DNA of 63,645 nt, the filler included, from Octopus bimaculoides (Eukaryota), in assembly GCF_001194135.2 (NCBI RefSeq). It is 5 parts of 4 records of this genome, joined end to end, with 100 filler letters (N's around TTAATTAATTAA, not from the genome) between each part and the next. Parts side by side here need not be neighbours in the genome. Positions count along the whole stretch, not along the records: positions 10,079 to 22,660 come from NC_068986.1; positions 22,761 to 40,201 come from NC_068986.1; 3 more parts are not named here. One strand, given 5' to 3'. Shown here piece after piece: positions 14,126-25,695 of this stretch. The notes beneath the pieces are model-generated. The model was not told the origin of the DNA and searched no databases. It saw nothing but the letters and a program-made list of their open reading frames with translations. Made by a program: the position numbers and the translations under genes. Every line of letters starts with the position of its first letter. The first letter of the stretch is position 1.

Positions 14126-15401
14126 ATCAAAAGGGTGGAAGAGCGTAAATAAAAAGAACCAGAACTCAGTGAAAAAAACACAAGAGAAAAGGAACCGTTC
14201 TTTAAGAACACGAATATCGTGTCTTGAGTATCGTTTGATTAAATCGTTGTAATTTATTCATTTCAAAGGGAATGGTGAGTATTAAAAAAAAAATATATAC
14301 ATTAGTGGGTATTCAAAAACAAAGAAAAAAAATTTGTAAAAAATCCTCCCTCGAAATAACAACAAAAACAATAACAACAGTCGAAAGAACACAAAGGAAT
14401 TCCCAGCAACAACAACAAAAATCAACAGCAAATTCCGAAAGAAATAATTCTTCAAGAGTTCATTCTTTATTATGTCATGATTTCCAGATTACAAGAACTG
14501 TTAGCAATATAGAGAAACCATATAACACACAGACTAGACGCACACGTACATTCACACACACATACGCATTCAGAAACACACACACACACACACACACATG
14601 TATCCATCCAACATTCGCCAAAAGCACATATACACACGCACATGTAACAAAGAGTTTCGGCGTCTATTGTTACATAACTTCGCGTCGATTCCAGTAAAAT
14701 TCTTTGGTCCAATACCATTATCATCACACCGACGAACTTTTAAAGGTATTTTAGTTCGCTTTCTGGTGTGTCTGTATGTGAGTATATATATAAAGGCACG
14801 TGTGCGTGTGTGAATGCATGTGTGTACGCGTGCACGTAGGTGTGTGTGTATATGTGTGTGTGCCTGTGGAAGTGGATGATGGACCAGTTGAAAGGGTACC
14901 AGTGAATTAAATTGGAAGGAAAATGGTTCGTATTATGCCTGTGACGTTGCGCTGATGAGAATTCAGTGTGAATGAAACAGTTGCGCTATTGTAAAAAAAA
15001 AGACAAAACCGTAAAACTAACGTGTATTTCGTCGGTTTCCAGTTTTTCAGTCCACGTTTACATCCAACACGTCCAATGTCCAGCTCCTATTGTGTGTTGA
15101 AAAAAAGTTGGTTGCAACTAGTGCCATCTGTAAGTCAATAAGTGTGCAGAGATTCTAATAATTAAGCATAAGACTTCATTTACATAATGACTTGGATTAC
15201 TCAGAGGAGAAATTGCTGTGGATGTGATCATTTTCATGATTGCAACAGAATGAACTCTGATAAATGACTCCAAAGTGCTAAGTAAAACGAAGCCATCATA
15301 TTCAAAAAATTTATAACATAGAAATCACTATAAGCTGAAGTTGGCTTTCTTACCAATGCAACAGCTAGCATTCATGTTGCACCGGTTTCAACTTGAAAGA
15401 G

Positions 15402-15866
15402 CTCTTACTCTTTTACTCTTTTTCTTGTTTCAGTCATTTGACTGCCGCCATGCTGGAGCACCGTCTTTTAGTCGAGCAAATCGACCCCAGGACTTATTCT
15501 TTGTAAGCCGAGTACTTATTCTATCGATCTCTTATGCTGAATCGCTAAGTCACGGGGACGTAAACACACCAGCATCGGTTGTCAAGCGATGTTAGGGGGA
15601 CAAACACAGATACACAAACATATACACATACATACATATATACATATATACGACGGGCTTCTTTCAGTTTCCGTCTACCAAATCCACTCACAAGACTTTG
15701 GTCGGCCCGAGGCTATAGTAGAAGACACTTGCCCAAGGTGCNNNNNNNNNNGGTCGGCCCGAGGCTATAGTAGAAGACACTTGCCCAAGGTGCCACGCAG
15801 TGGGACTGAACCCGGAACCATGTGGTTGGTAAGCAAGCTACTTACCACACAGTCACTCCTGCGTCT
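15402..15866 (-). mobile_element. SINE family A, full length, CpG-intact
   Basis: Pol III A/B-box-like head (GGCTGTGTGGTAAG / GGTTCAGTCCC pattern), internal microsatellite, (TAAAAGAG)n tail. Confidence 0.95.
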
Positions 15867-16724
15867 ATGTTGGTTTATTATTGTACTTTAGTCGATAAAT
15901 TAAGTACTAGTTGTGTACTGGGATCGATCTAATCGACTGGCCCCTTCTCCGAACATTTAGGGCCTTGTGCCTAGAATAGAAAACAATATTGTTGTTTTTT
16001 TTGCCATGCGAAATCTACAAAGATGTATTAGGTTGTCAGATAAATTCGTTAGTCCTTTATTTTCCATTAAAAAAAAAGAAAGATATTTTTTGCAATCCTT
16101 GTTAATGTTATTTGAACTAGCATGAAAAATATTTCCATAGTAGTGTTTTATGCTTTCTTTGTAGCTCTATTCTCCCTCTACAACTTTTGTTCTTCGTTTT
16201 TCAAAATTTGAATAAATTTCACCTCTTCAGACATATGGCGATGGCGTACCAAGTAGAAAACCCCCCCCCACAAAACCCCCAAAACCGATCGAATTTATCT
16301 GACAAATATTGTGTAGAAAAAAAAATTAGTTGTCCTTCATCTAATTATCATTAATCAATTAGCAATAAATTTGAAGTCATGATTATTCATTGTATTTCCT
16401 TATAAACAGGTTGGTTAATCAACCCATATATGATTTAGAGTTAATTAAAATCAAAATATTAGTTAAAATACAAACTTTATAGGGGGATATTTTTTTTTAA
16501 TGATGAATTTTCACTTTGCATTTTAAAGACTTTATAATTAATTAAAATTGAAATCTTAATTAAAATACAAACATTTTAATATCGTTTTAAAACAGCTCAA
16601 CCATAACTTAGTAATCCTGTATATTTGCAATATTTTCTAATGCTATCTGTTACAAACGGAAAACTTTGGTTCCCAAATTTAAAAGTTCTTTATAATTTTT
16701 CGTAATCTATAAAGATACTGGCGT

Positions 16725-16975
16725 GGAGGCGTGTGGCTTGGTGGTTAGGGTGTCAGCACCCTGATATTAAGATTGTGGTTTTGATTCCTGGACTGGGTGA
16801 CGCGTTGTGTTCTTGAGTAAAACACTTCATTTCACGTTGCTCCAGTCCACTCAGCTGGAAAAAATGAGTAACGCTGCGATGGACTGGCGTCCCGTCCAGC
16901 TGGGTAACACATACACCATAGAAACTGGGAAACCGGGCTCATGAGCCTGGTTAGGCTTTAAAAGGGAGCATTTAT
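16725..16975 (+). mobile_element. SINE family B, full length
   Basis: tRNA-like head, core, and 3' GGAAACCGGGCTCATGAG. Confidence 0.92.
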
Positions 16976-16995
16976 TTTTATTATTATAAGAATAC

Positions 16996-17305
16996 TGGCA
17001 CTCCGTCGGTTACGACGGCGAGGGTGCCAGTTGATCCGATCAACAGAGAAGCCTGCTCGTGATATTAATGTGCAAGCGGTTGAGCACTCCACAGACACAC
17101 ATACTCTTAACGTAGTTCTCAGGGAGATGTAACGTGACAAGGCGGACCTTTTGAAAGATACAGGCAGTGCTATTTTTTGCTTGCTGAGAAGACTGCAGCA
17201 ACGTGAAATAAAGAATTTTGCTCAAGGATACCACGTGCCACTTGGAATCGGGCTCACAGCCTTACGATCTTGCACCGACTACCCTAACCACGTAGCCACG
17301 CGCCT
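16996..17305 (-). mobile_element. SINE with B-like head and family C tail
   Basis: Tail GTGGAGTGCTCAACCGC...GATCGGATCAACTGG...GACGGAGTGCCA is shared with 19977-20290 and 31209-31583. Confidence 0.85.
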
Positions 17306-17391
17306 TCACAAGTTCTTAGAATATGGACCATACGTCCATACATACTTACACATGATTTCACCATCTCTGTTACTATACATGATTATATCTA

Positions 17392-17473
17392 CCCTTTTAC
17401 TCTTTTACTTGTTTCAGTCATTTGACTGTGGCCATGCTGGAGTACCGCCTTTAGTCGAGCAAATCGACCCCAG
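17392..17473 (-). mobile_element. SINE family A tail fragment
   Basis: TTCAGTCATTTGACTGTGGCCATGCTGGAG...AATCGACCCCAG. Confidence 0.85.
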
Positions 17474-17576
17474 ATTGTCATGTATACATGCATGCATGTA
17501 TGTATGTATGTATGTATGTATGTATGTATGTATGTATGTATGTATGCATGTATGTATGTATGTATGTATATATGTA

Positions 17577-17699
17577 TGTGAGGAGGTGCTGAAAAGTTAT
17601 TAGCTTTAGGTAAAACAAAAATACAGGAGCAGTTAATCATGATTTTATTCAATATATTCCCCCTCTCAGATTCACACACTTATTGCAGCGGTCCTTCAG
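17577..17699. mobile_element. Terminus of a mariner-like element, running into a gap
   Basis: GAGGAGGTGCTGAAAAGTT... resembles TA|CGAGGGG-type mariner ends. No coding motif is visible. Confidence 0.45.
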
Positions 17700-18349
17700 N
17701 NNNNNNNNNNNNNNNNNNNNNNNNNNNNNNNNNNNNNNNNNNNNNNNNNNNNNNNNNNNNNNNNNNNNNNNNNNNNNNNNNNNNNNNNNNNNNNNNNNNN
17801 NNNNNNNNNNNNNNNNNNNNNNNNNNNNNNNNNNNNNNNNNNNNNNNNNNNNNNNNNNNNNNNNNNNNNNNNNNNNNNNNNNNNNNNNNNNNNNNNNNNN
17901 NNNNNNNNNNNNNNNNNNNNNNNNNNNNNNNNNNNNNNNNNNNNNNNNNNNNNNNNNNNNNNNNNNNNNNNNNNNNNNNNNNNNNNNNNNNNNNNNNNNN
18001 NNNNNNNNNNNNNNNNNNNNNNNNNNNNNNNNNNNNNNNNNNNNNNNNNNNNNNNNNNNNNNNNNNNNNNNNNNNNNNNNNNNNNNNNNNNNNNNNNNNN
18101 NNNNNNNNNNNNNNNNNNNNNNNNNNNNNNNNNNNNNNNNNNNNNNNNNNNNNNNNNNNNNNNNNNNNNNNNNNNNNNNNNNNNNNNNNNNNNNNNNNNN
18201 NNNNNNNNNNNNNNNNNNNNNNNNNNNNNNNNNNNNNNNNNNNNNNNNNNNNNNNNNNNNNNNNNNNNNNNNNNNNNNNNNNNNNNNNNNNNNNNNNNNN
18301 NNNNNNNNNNNNNNNNNNNNNNNNNNNNNAAGAAAGGCTGGAAATCATA

Positions 18350-19174
18350 ACAAAGTTAGCAACAACAACAACAACAGCAACAGCACACACATTCTTGCGC
18401 GTGCGCCTGTTATTGACCAACAGTAAGAGTAATTTATGATATTTGATACCATATATAGAACATTTAAAACAAAGACACCAACAGCAACAGCAACAACGAA
18501 AGCAATACAAATAACATCACCCACGACTATAACAACATTCAATGACCATTAGTCCCAGCCTGACCTGGGGCTAAGGAGCAACAAGAGCAGCATGAATAAC
18601 ATTGCAATAATAATAACAGCCACAAAACCGACTAAACTACTCTGGAAAAGGCAAAGCACTACAATGTTATCAAATGCAATCTCATTTTCAATAACAACAA
18701 CAACAACAGCAACAATGGAAGATATAATAGTTACGGTTGGAATGCTTTTGATCATAAGTGCACTCGATCTAGTCTGACCTGGGGCTAAACGACAGCAAAA
18801 ACAACAACAACAACAACAACAACAAACACAACAACAACGGCGATTATAATAACTGCGTTGGCGAATACAAGCTTATTAGGGACAATAATCTACAAACAGA
18901 CGCTAATTAAAACTACAACAGCGGCAACCTACGCTGTGAGACAAGCCGCAACCACCGCCATTGCTACCAGTACTACAACAACGGCCGTAGCCACTGCAGA
19001 CCAGCATCACCAACCACCACCAACCACCATCACCACCGCCACCGCCGCCGCCGCCGCCGTCGTCGCCGAACCCCCCTCACCAGCATCACCATGACCATTG
19101 CCGCCACAACCATTATTCTCTTCAAAACTATCAATGCTACCATGTCCTACACCCAAACAACACCGTTATCATAG

Positions 19175-19254
<80 letters not shown>

Positions 19255-19500
19255 GTCGTCATCATCTTCCTCTTCCTCCTCTTCCTCCGCCTCGTCATCG
19301 TCGTCGTCTTCATCAATACCACCATCAGCATCATCGTCATCATTTTTCATCATCGTCGTCGTCGTCGTCGTCGTCATAGTCGTCATGATGGTGATGATGA
19401 TCGTGATCATCATCATCATCATCATGATCATCATCATCATCATCGTTGTCGTCGTCACCGCCGTGATCGACATCAGCCGAAACGTTGTGTTAACAACAAA
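18350..19500. repeat. Trinucleotide low-complexity block including long (ATC)n
   Basis: Directly visible CAA/CAG/CCG/CAT/GTC runs. Confidence 0.95.
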
Positions 19501-19976
19501 CAAGATGAGGACAAATATCCGTCAAATGTAAATATTGTAAATAATGTAAATAATGTACGTAATTCCTCATCTCTTAGATATAGAAATGAAGTTGTTATTC
19601 CTTAGTCATCACAATTCCCAGCTCATTTCTGGTCAAGGGTGTTAGTATAAGGCAAGGGCCCTAATTATAGATAAAATACAAGAAAATGGACCTGTGGTCG
19701 AAGCATTTCAGTCTCGGTGGATTTGTGTCCATCAGGTGTATGTCACACAGGAAACTAGCGACTGAACGTGCTCTGATGTGGCGTGAATCAGTCTCCATAC
19801 CTGAGAGTTAAATAAGCTTTGTATCTCAAGGGTAAGCTTCGAGAGAGCGGGAGACCGGCGGAGTAAACTGAAAATAGACCGATAAAAGGCAATAGAAGAC
19901 CACAGCTGTCACGTTTCCAAGAAAAACAATCACGAATCTTCAGACATTCGAGTAAATGTAGGTTTGTTAAATTTCC

Positions 19977-20290
19977 TGTTTCGATTCCCAGACCGGGCGT
20001 TGTGAGTGTTTATTGAGCGAAAACACCTAAAGCTCCACGAGGCTCCGGCAGGGGATGGTGGCGAACCCTGCTGTACTCTTTCACCACAACTTTCTTTCAT
20101 TCTTACTTTCTGTTTCTGTTGTGCCTGTATTTCAAAGGGTCAGCCTTGTCACTCTGTATCACGCTGAATATCTCCGAGAACTACGTTAAGGGTACACGTG
20201 TCTGTGGAGTGCTCAGCCACTTGCACGTTAATTTCATGGATCAACTGGAACCCTCGACGTCGTAAGCGACAGAGTGCCAACAACAACAAA
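19977..20290 (+). mobile_element. SINE family C, 5' truncated
   Basis: Reverse complement of 31209-31540; ends in (CAA)n. Confidence 0.9.
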
Positions 20291-20293
20291 TTT

Positions 20294-20440
20294 CCTGTAA
20301 TTTAGCGGTTCAGGAAAAAAGACCAATAGAATATCTATAACACCTTAAAAAAAGGTACCGGAGACGATTTGTTGCACTTAAACCCTTCAAGGTGATGTTC
20401 CAATATGGTCGCAGTCCAATGACTGAAACAAGTAAAAGAT
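20294..20440 (+). mobile_element. SINE family A tail fragment
   Basis: TTAGCGGTTCAG...ATGGTCGCAGTCCAATGACTGAAACAAGTAAAAGA. Confidence 0.8.
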
Positions 20441-20704
20441 ATAAACTGAAAGATCAATGAAGGAAAAAGAGAATAACAACAATCCAGCCTCAATACCGTC
20501 TCTCTGTCGTCTGCTAATAACAATCACTGCAAATACAAATATCAGCACCGTCACCCTATACACAATAGCACAATATCACCCAAGCTGCATCATTCGGACC
20601 ATCCTTGCCCCCTTTCAACATCCTCAGCAGCATCAAACATTCGGCCTTCACCATAACAACCATAACCACCACTGCTATCAGCCTCACATCCATCACTATT
20701 ATTA

Positions 20705-20918
20705 GTTTCAAATTTTGGCAAAAGTCCAGCAAATATACGAGAGGAGGGAATAGTCGATTAAATCGACCCCAGTTCTAAGCTGATCCATTTTTTATCGACC
20801 CTGAAAAGTGCAAAGTCGACCTCGGTGGAATTTGAACTCAGAACATAAATACGGACGAAATGTCGCTAAGCCTTTTTTTTCTCTCACTGTGCTAACGACT
20901 CTAACAGCTCGCTACCTT
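20705..20918 (-). mobile_element. SINE family D (further copies ~4452-4615, 15880-15985, 26060-26530, 53860-54055, 63185-63285)
   Basis: Shared GTCGATTAAATCGACCCC...AAAGTCGACCTCGG(T/C)GGAATTTGAAC motif. Confidence 0.8.
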
Positions 20919-21331
20919 ACATTAATCCATAAATATGGCTGTAGAGAGGTATTGAGGAGTCAAGACCGGGATGCAGTGGGGGTTTCTTTGAGGGTAAAGA
21001 ATTAAGGGCCGGAATACTTGCGCGAGGGAGTGAGGTCAATTCAGAGAAGACTCTGCACGCCCTCATGCAAGAAGAAGATTTGATGTTTTCCCTAGAGTTT
21101 CTCATTATGTATGTATGTAAGCATGTATGTATGTATGTATGTATGTATGCATGCATGTATGTATGTATGTATGCATGCATGTATGTATGTATGTATGTAT
21201 GTATGTATGTATGCATGCATGTATGTATGTATGTATGCATGTGTGTGTATATGCATGTAAATATGTATATATGTATGCATGTATGTATTCATGTATGTAT
21301 GTACGTATGTATGTATGTATCCATGTATGGA

Positions 21332-21366
<35 letters not shown>

Positions 21367-21715
21367 TAAGCATGTGAGAGCTTCCCGCATGGAACAAGGC
21401 GCCAAAGGTGCCGCGATGTGCGAAAGAACCCGAAACCACATGATTGCGAATCAAACTATTTATCTACATAGAAATGTCTATTAAAGATTAAAGAAATATT
21501 AAGCAAAACTTAAGATAAACAACAAATAACAAGCATAAGAAACTACAATTACAATTATGCGAAAAAAGATAAGTAAGCTTAGCCAGTGTAAGTATACAGA
21601 GAACAACATGGAAGAACAATGCATCTATACAGACATGTATATACGTATCGCTTTATCCACCCATTCATTCACACGCATACATATACGCACGTATGTATAT
21701 TAATGTGTGCGTGTT

Positions 21716-21768
<53 letters not shown>

Positions 21769-21929
21769 GGAGGGTTGTAGACTGTAAAACCCTTAAGGAT
21801 ATCTTCCGGATAACTTCATCATACAGCATTAATTCCAAGTTGACAGATTCCATGCAGAAGACCATCTACAACAGCAGCAGAGAACAAACAACAAACACAA
21901 TAGCAGTGACAAGGAGACGGAGGAGAATA

Positions 21930-21945
21930 AGCAATGATAATGATA

Positions 21946-21995
<50 letters not shown>

Positions 21996-22074
21996 TGATG
22001 AGGATGATGATAATGATGATGAGGATGATGATGATGATGATATTGTTATTATTACTATACCGATAATGAAAATA

Positions 22075-22106
<32 letters not shown>

Positions 22107-22200
22107 GGTGGTAGTGATGGTAGTGGTGGTGGTGACGATGATGATGACGATGATGATGATGATGATGATTTCAGTTTTTAATAATGATGATAATCAGAAC
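21930..22200. repeat. (AAT)n/(GAT)n/(GGT)n compound microsatellite
   Basis: Directly visible. Confidence 0.95.
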
Positions 22201-22760
22201 AACAATGCTTCGTTGAAGAGATAAATGTGATTAGAGGCACAAAAAAACAAAAGAAAAAAAAAAGCGAAACAAAAAAAAATTCCCCCACAAAACTCTTCAA
22301 AACAAAGAAAGAAACAAAAAACAACAACAAGAAGCGAAACGAAGCCAAAAGAAAACCAATTATTTAAGGCTACAAGCTTTATTGTTAAGTAGTCGTATAA
22401 GGTAAAATACTACTTATTCGCCTTCCCTCTGCTTACAGCCGCCATCTTTATTTGTTTCACTGTTTGAAAGTTGTTTGTGTGTGTGTTAATTATTAATTTC
22501 TTATGCTTTGCTTTAATTCCTCTTTTTTTTTTCTCATTAAAATTCTTGTATACTATTCACCAAATAGATAATTCGCATGCGTTGACATTTTACTTAATCT
22601 AGCAGTGGATGTACATGTGTTTGTGCGCATACGCGTGTGTATGTTTATATATATATATATNNNNNNNNNNNNNNNNNNNNNNNNNNNNNNNNNNNNNNNN
22701 NNNNTTAATTAATTAANNNNNNNNNNNNNNNNNNNNNNNNNNNNNNNNNNNNNNNNNNNN

Positions 22761-22990
22761 GTTCATTTATTCTTTTATTCATTTACTTGTTTCAGTCATT
22801 TGACTGTGGCCATGCTGGAGCACCACCTTTAATCAAGCAAATCGAACCCAGGACTTATTCTTCGTAAGCCTAGTACTTATGCTATCGGTCTTTTTTTTTT
22901 TTTTTTTACCGAACCGCTAATTTACGGGGACGTGAACACACCAGCACCGGTTGTCAAGCGATGTATGGCGACAAACACAGACACAGACAC
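22761..22990 (-). mobile_element. SINE family A 3' half
   Basis: Matches 15420-15610 and ends at the internal (CA)n site. Confidence 0.9.
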
Positions 22991-23469
22991 AGAAACAGAC
23001 AGACAGACACACACACACACATGCAGGCACACACGCGCGCGCACGTACCCACGCATGCACACAAACACATATGTATGTGTGTGTGTGTGTACGTGTTTTG
23101 TTTGTACGCTAAATTTGGTGCGGGACAGCATCCAGGATATGCTCCCAATACAACGCCGATCGTTAAAGAACACTTAAATATCAAAGAGTAGGTGAGACAA
23201 CTTGTCTCAGAATAAACAAGTGGTAGATATCGACATTTCGCCATTATTGTGGTTTATCAATACCATTTACTCGGATCATCTCGAACGGAATGAATCGCTG
23301 GTCTGTGACTCACATCCAGATAGAGTGAAGTCGGAATCTACCATTCTCGGCGATTCCGAGGTGAGTTGTCTCCGACTACTCTGTGACGTTCAGCTGTTTT
23401 TAACCACTCGGCGTCGTGTAGGGCGCGTTCCCTGGATACTATCCTGAAGCAATTTATTGCAACTCATAA

Positions 23470-23620
23470 CGTAACAGTTCAGCAAAAGAGACCAATTGAA
23501 TAAGTACCGGGCTTAAAAATAAATAAGACCTGGGTTCAACTTGTTCGATTAAAACCCTTCAAGGCAGTGCTCAAGTATGGCCGCAGTCAAGTGACTGAAA
23601 CAAGTAAAAGATAAAAGATA
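23470..23620 (+). mobile_element. SINE family A tail fragment
   Basis: AAAAGAGACCAATTGAATAAGTACC...ATGGCCGCAGTCAAGTGACTGAAACAAGTAAAAGA. Confidence 0.85.
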
Positions 23621-23626
23621 TATAAA

Positions 23627-24275
23627 TACGAGGAGAGTCAAAAATTATACGCACGCTTGTTTTTTCGATGTATTTACACAAAAGTAGAGGATAAACAGGT
23701 ACATTATTTTCCTGTATAGTCACCTTCCTTTTTGATGACCTTGGTTCAGCGATTTACAAACTTGCGTATTTTCCCCAAGAAGATTTTCGGTTAGTCGTGC
23801 AACCATTTATGCACCGCTTCCTTCACATTTTCATCCGTAGGCAATCGACCACCACATAAACCATCTTTGAGCAGTCCAAATATATGATAGTTGGAAGGGA
23901 TGAGATCAGGGCTATAGGCAGGGTGTTCCAGCACTCCAAAACCCAATTGGTGGTAATGGTTTCAACGGTCTGGGCGGCCGTACGTGGGTGTGCATTGTCA
24001 TGTAATAACCAAACTTTCTTCGAATGTAAGCTTCGGCGTTTGGTGCGAATTACTGGCTAGCAAAGCACTGTATCTTGCACTGTTGATCGGATCACTGCTC
24101 GTTGTTCTTCTTTGGTGCACATTGCTAGTGGAGCAGCCAAACTTACACTTACACTGTAAAACCAGAAAGAAAAATGGCGCGATCAGGCTCAAACTTCGAT
24201 CACGTGACCACAATAATACCAACTATAAGCACGTCTGCGCAGAAGGCAGAGTGACAATAATAAAGATATGTTATG
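23627..24275 (-). mobile_element. Mariner (DD34D) transposon remnant with internal deletion
   Basis: Terminus TACGAGG at 23627. Minus-strand LLHDNAHPRTAAQTVE and LEHPAYSPDLIPSNYHIFGLLK (cf. HPPYSPDLAPSDY). Confidence 0.85.
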
Positions 24276-24286
24276 GCGGCCCTTTG

Positions 24287-24404
24287 GGATCTATTTTAAA
24301 ACGGGGGCACCAGTATTTTCTTAACGAAACACTAACGAAACACTTTGAAACTTGGGACACTGGTAGAATGTGTCATATAAAACATCTTTTACTCTTAGTC
24401 TTCT
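24287..24404. mobile_element. Second copy of the same MITE, truncated by a gap
   Basis: GGATCTATTTTAAAACGGGGG...GGTAGAATGTGTCATATAAAACATCTTTT matches 41101-41205. Confidence 0.9.
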
Positions 24405-25655
24405 NNNNNNNNNNNNNNNNNNNNNNNNNNNNNNNNNNNNNNNNNNNNNNNNNNNNNNNNNNNNNNNNNNNNNNNNNNNNNNNNNNNNNNNNNNNNNNNN
24501 NNNNNNNNNNNNNNNNNNNNNNNNNNNNNNNNNNNNNNNNNNNNNNNNNNNNNNNNNNNNNNNNNNNNNNNNNNNNNNNNNNNNNNNNNNNNNNNNNNNN
24601 NNNNNNNNNNNNNNNNNNNNNNNNNNNNNNNNNNNNNNNNNNNNNNNNNNNNNNNNNNNNNNNNNNNNNNNNNNNNNNNNNNNNNNNNNNNNNNNNNNNN
24701 NNNNNNNNNNNNNNNNNNNNNNNNNNNNNNNNNNNNNNNNNNNNNNNNNNNNNNNNNNNNNNNNNNNNNNNNNNNNNNNNNNNNNNNNNNNNNNNNNNNN
24801 NNNNNNNNNNNNNNNNNNNNNNNNNNNNNNNNNNNNNNNNNNNNNNNNNNNNNNNNNNNNNNNNNNNNNNNNNNNNNNNNNNNNNNNNNNNNNNNNNNNN
24901 NNNNNNNNNNNNNNNNNNNNNNNNNNNNNNNNNNNNNNNNNNNNNNNNNNNNNNNNNNNNNNNNNNNNNNNNNNNNNNNNNNNNNNNNNNNNNNNNNNNN
25001 NNNNNNNNNNNNNNNNNNNNNNNNNNNNNNNNNNNNNNNNNNNNNNNNNNNNNNNNNNNNNNNNNNNNNNNNNNNNNNNNNNNNNNNNNNNNNNNNNNNN
25101 NNNNNNNNNNNNNNNNNNNNNNNNNNNNNNNNNNNNNNNNNNNNNNNNNNNNNNNNNNNNNNNNNNNNNNNNNNNNNNNNNNNNNNNNNNNNNNNNNNNN
25201 NNNNNNNNNNNNNNNNNNNNNNNNNNNNNNNNNNNNNNNNNNNNNNNNNNNNNNNNNNNNNNNNNNNNNNNNNNNNNNNNNNNNNNNNNNNNNNNNTATA
25301 TATATATATATATTTATTTATGTGTTTCAGCCAAGTGGCTGCGGTCATGCTGGTGCACCAAAAGGTTGCTAGATGCAATATAAAACCAAATAGTGACTGA
25401 GGGTGCATGGTAGCACTTATATTGCCACAAACATAACACAAGTTTATGTACTGACAGGTTGGATTTAACTTAACTATCAGCGACGGATAAGTTGTATTAA
25501 TGAACTTCAATTTCGTCGTGGGGTGGTTAACTCACCTGTCAGTACATAGACTTGTGCTATGTTTGTGGTTATAAGGGTCTTTGAGTGTTATTTCTACCAA
25601 TGTAAGTGCTACCATGCACCCTCAGTTACTATTAGTGATAATTGTGTGTACGTGT

Positions 25656-25695
<40 letters not shown>

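Noticed and set aside
15701-15800. Duplicated SINE segment around a 10-N gap (same pattern at 34400-34475)
   Set aside because: Overlapping contig ends, an assembly artefact.
23129-23446. Short nested inverted repeats (ATCCAGG/CCTGGAT, GAGACAACT/AGTTGTCTC)
   Set aside because: Only 7-9 bp with no TSD; not distinguishable from chance.
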